Assembly (NCBI GenBank): GCA_050230475.1
Contig: JBFLGF010000035.1
Coordinates: 1-64,000 of the forward strand
Source of the DNA: Ancylonema sp.
Lineage: Eukaryota
Direction of reading: 5' to 3'
Length of the DNA: 64,000 nucleotides
Position numbers and translations under genes: made by a program. Positions 62,851 through 64,000 of the stretch are shown here, piece by piece; position 1 is the stretch's first letter; every line of letters begins with the position of its first letter. Under the pieces are notes generated by a model. It was not told the origin of the DNA and did not search any database. It worked only from the letters and a program-made list of their open reading frames with translations.

Positions 62851-63443
62851 TTTTTGGGACAATACGATTACATTAGTACATGAGTCTAGAGGTAGTGAAC
62901 GAAGTTAGACTTTTAGACACGTCTCTTGCTAGGACGTATTACGGGTCCTTAAGTTTCAATTAACGACCGAAGGCCTTAGTTGGCCAAGGGGGATGATTGC
63001 GCCGCCATTTACGGCACCATATTCGCCAGACTCTGACACCAGGCGTACAGGCAGCACGTGACTGAGCAGACAAAGGAACACTCACTTGCTGCACTCAATA
63101 CACTATAACATAGACACACACGTAGGAAGATGCGGTGTCTTGAGAATATATTCCGATAGAGACAAATAAGTGAGATGCCTCCTGTCCTTTATGTATCACG
63201 AGCGATCACGGAAGCCAGCAATGCTACTCTGCTGTGTGCTTAGAATATGCTCTATTTCAGATATGTATTGTATCTAGCTCTTCTAGTGACATGCATGACG
63301 TAGCCATGGAAAATACTTGGCTAGTAATGCATTACTGGAATGTCAATGTGACCGGCATCCATTAGCAGCGCCGCAAGGAGATGTTGATCTGATAGAAACA
63401 GAGTAGTATAAAAGATTGTAACCTTTGTACTCAGACCTTAATA

Positions 63444-63673
63444 GGTCTTTGTACGCCTCGGGAACCGCTGCTAAAATGACTACTCAAATCCTTGTGTAAG
63501 TTTTACGTGAGTTCGGCTGGCTTTCAGCCTATGTGAATCTATAAGCATATGGAGTCCATTTGAATTGAAGTATCGATTGATTGAGTGTTACACTCTTAGT
63601 CACCTTAGAAGCGTCGGGCACTTTACGTCCAGGCCGAAGGCAAAGCCTTGCCATAGGCAGACTTACAAAGACC
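63444..63673. mobile_element. Small MITE-like element (230 bp)
   Basis: Perfect inverted repeat AATAGGTCTTTGTA (63440-63453) / TACAAAGACCTATT (63664-63677), readable as TA-GGTC...GACC-TA. Confidence 0.55.
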
Positions 63674-63958
63674 TATTCTATTGAGATAACTCAGAGTTTG
63701 GTACCAAAAGTAATCAGCATTTTTTAAGAGATGAATAATAAAACTATAGATAGCACAGATGAGTACTGTCTTGGTCAACAAATATACAGGTTATTGAGGA
63801 GACAAGTCCACCTTGGAAGACCTAAAACCTTCAAGCTACTTTCTAGGGAGTCACTAATCGAAATGGCATATCGCTACGATGTGTCGTGTTATATACCATC
63901 GTGCTATGTTCTCACGTGCGCTTATGAATTATAACGAGTTTTGTTGTTATATGTGTTC

Positions 63959-64000
63959 ACACGTGCGAATTCCATGTGAAACACGTGCGAATTCCATGTG
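63959..64000. repeat. 22-bp tandem repeat ACACGTGCGAATTCCATGTGAA running off the window edge
   Basis: Two copies visible, the second truncated by the edge. Confidence 0.8.

Noticed and set aside
63959..64000. CRISPR-like repeat
   Set aside because: Direct tandem units without spacers, eukaryotic context, no cas genes.

Overview
Eukaryotic nuclear DNA from a green plant-lineage organism, probably a streptophyte alga or early land plant (intron-rich genes, COBRA, plant-type NUP1/NUP136, a plastid-targeted DnaJ). I reconstructed eight host genes by joining GT-AG exons: PMM, seipin, DnaJ, NUP1, COBRA-like, GH27 alpha-galactosidase, SEC22 and TM9SF/TMN. Mobile DNA comprises a decayed Ty3/Gypsy pol whose integrase ends in a PHD finger (with a second, diverged remnant of the same lineage ~60 kb away), a non-autonomous Ty1/Copia element with both LTRs, TSD, PBS and an Ala/Pro minisatellite, and several MITE-like elements. 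The right half is a mosaic of duplications. There are two near-identical tandem duplications, one of which splits SEC22 into complementary halves and creates an in-frame chimeric ORF from antisense TM9SF sequence. There are also two diverged partial gene twins with synonymous-biased changes, suggesting homeologs or haplotypes; some may be assembly artefacts. The most interesting leads are the PHD-integrase Gypsy lineage with its conserved downstream region, the SEC22/TM9SF chimera, and one in-frame TAG in the otherwise intact DnaJ gene. I found no tRNA, rRNA or CRISPR array. All alignments were done by eye, with no database searches.
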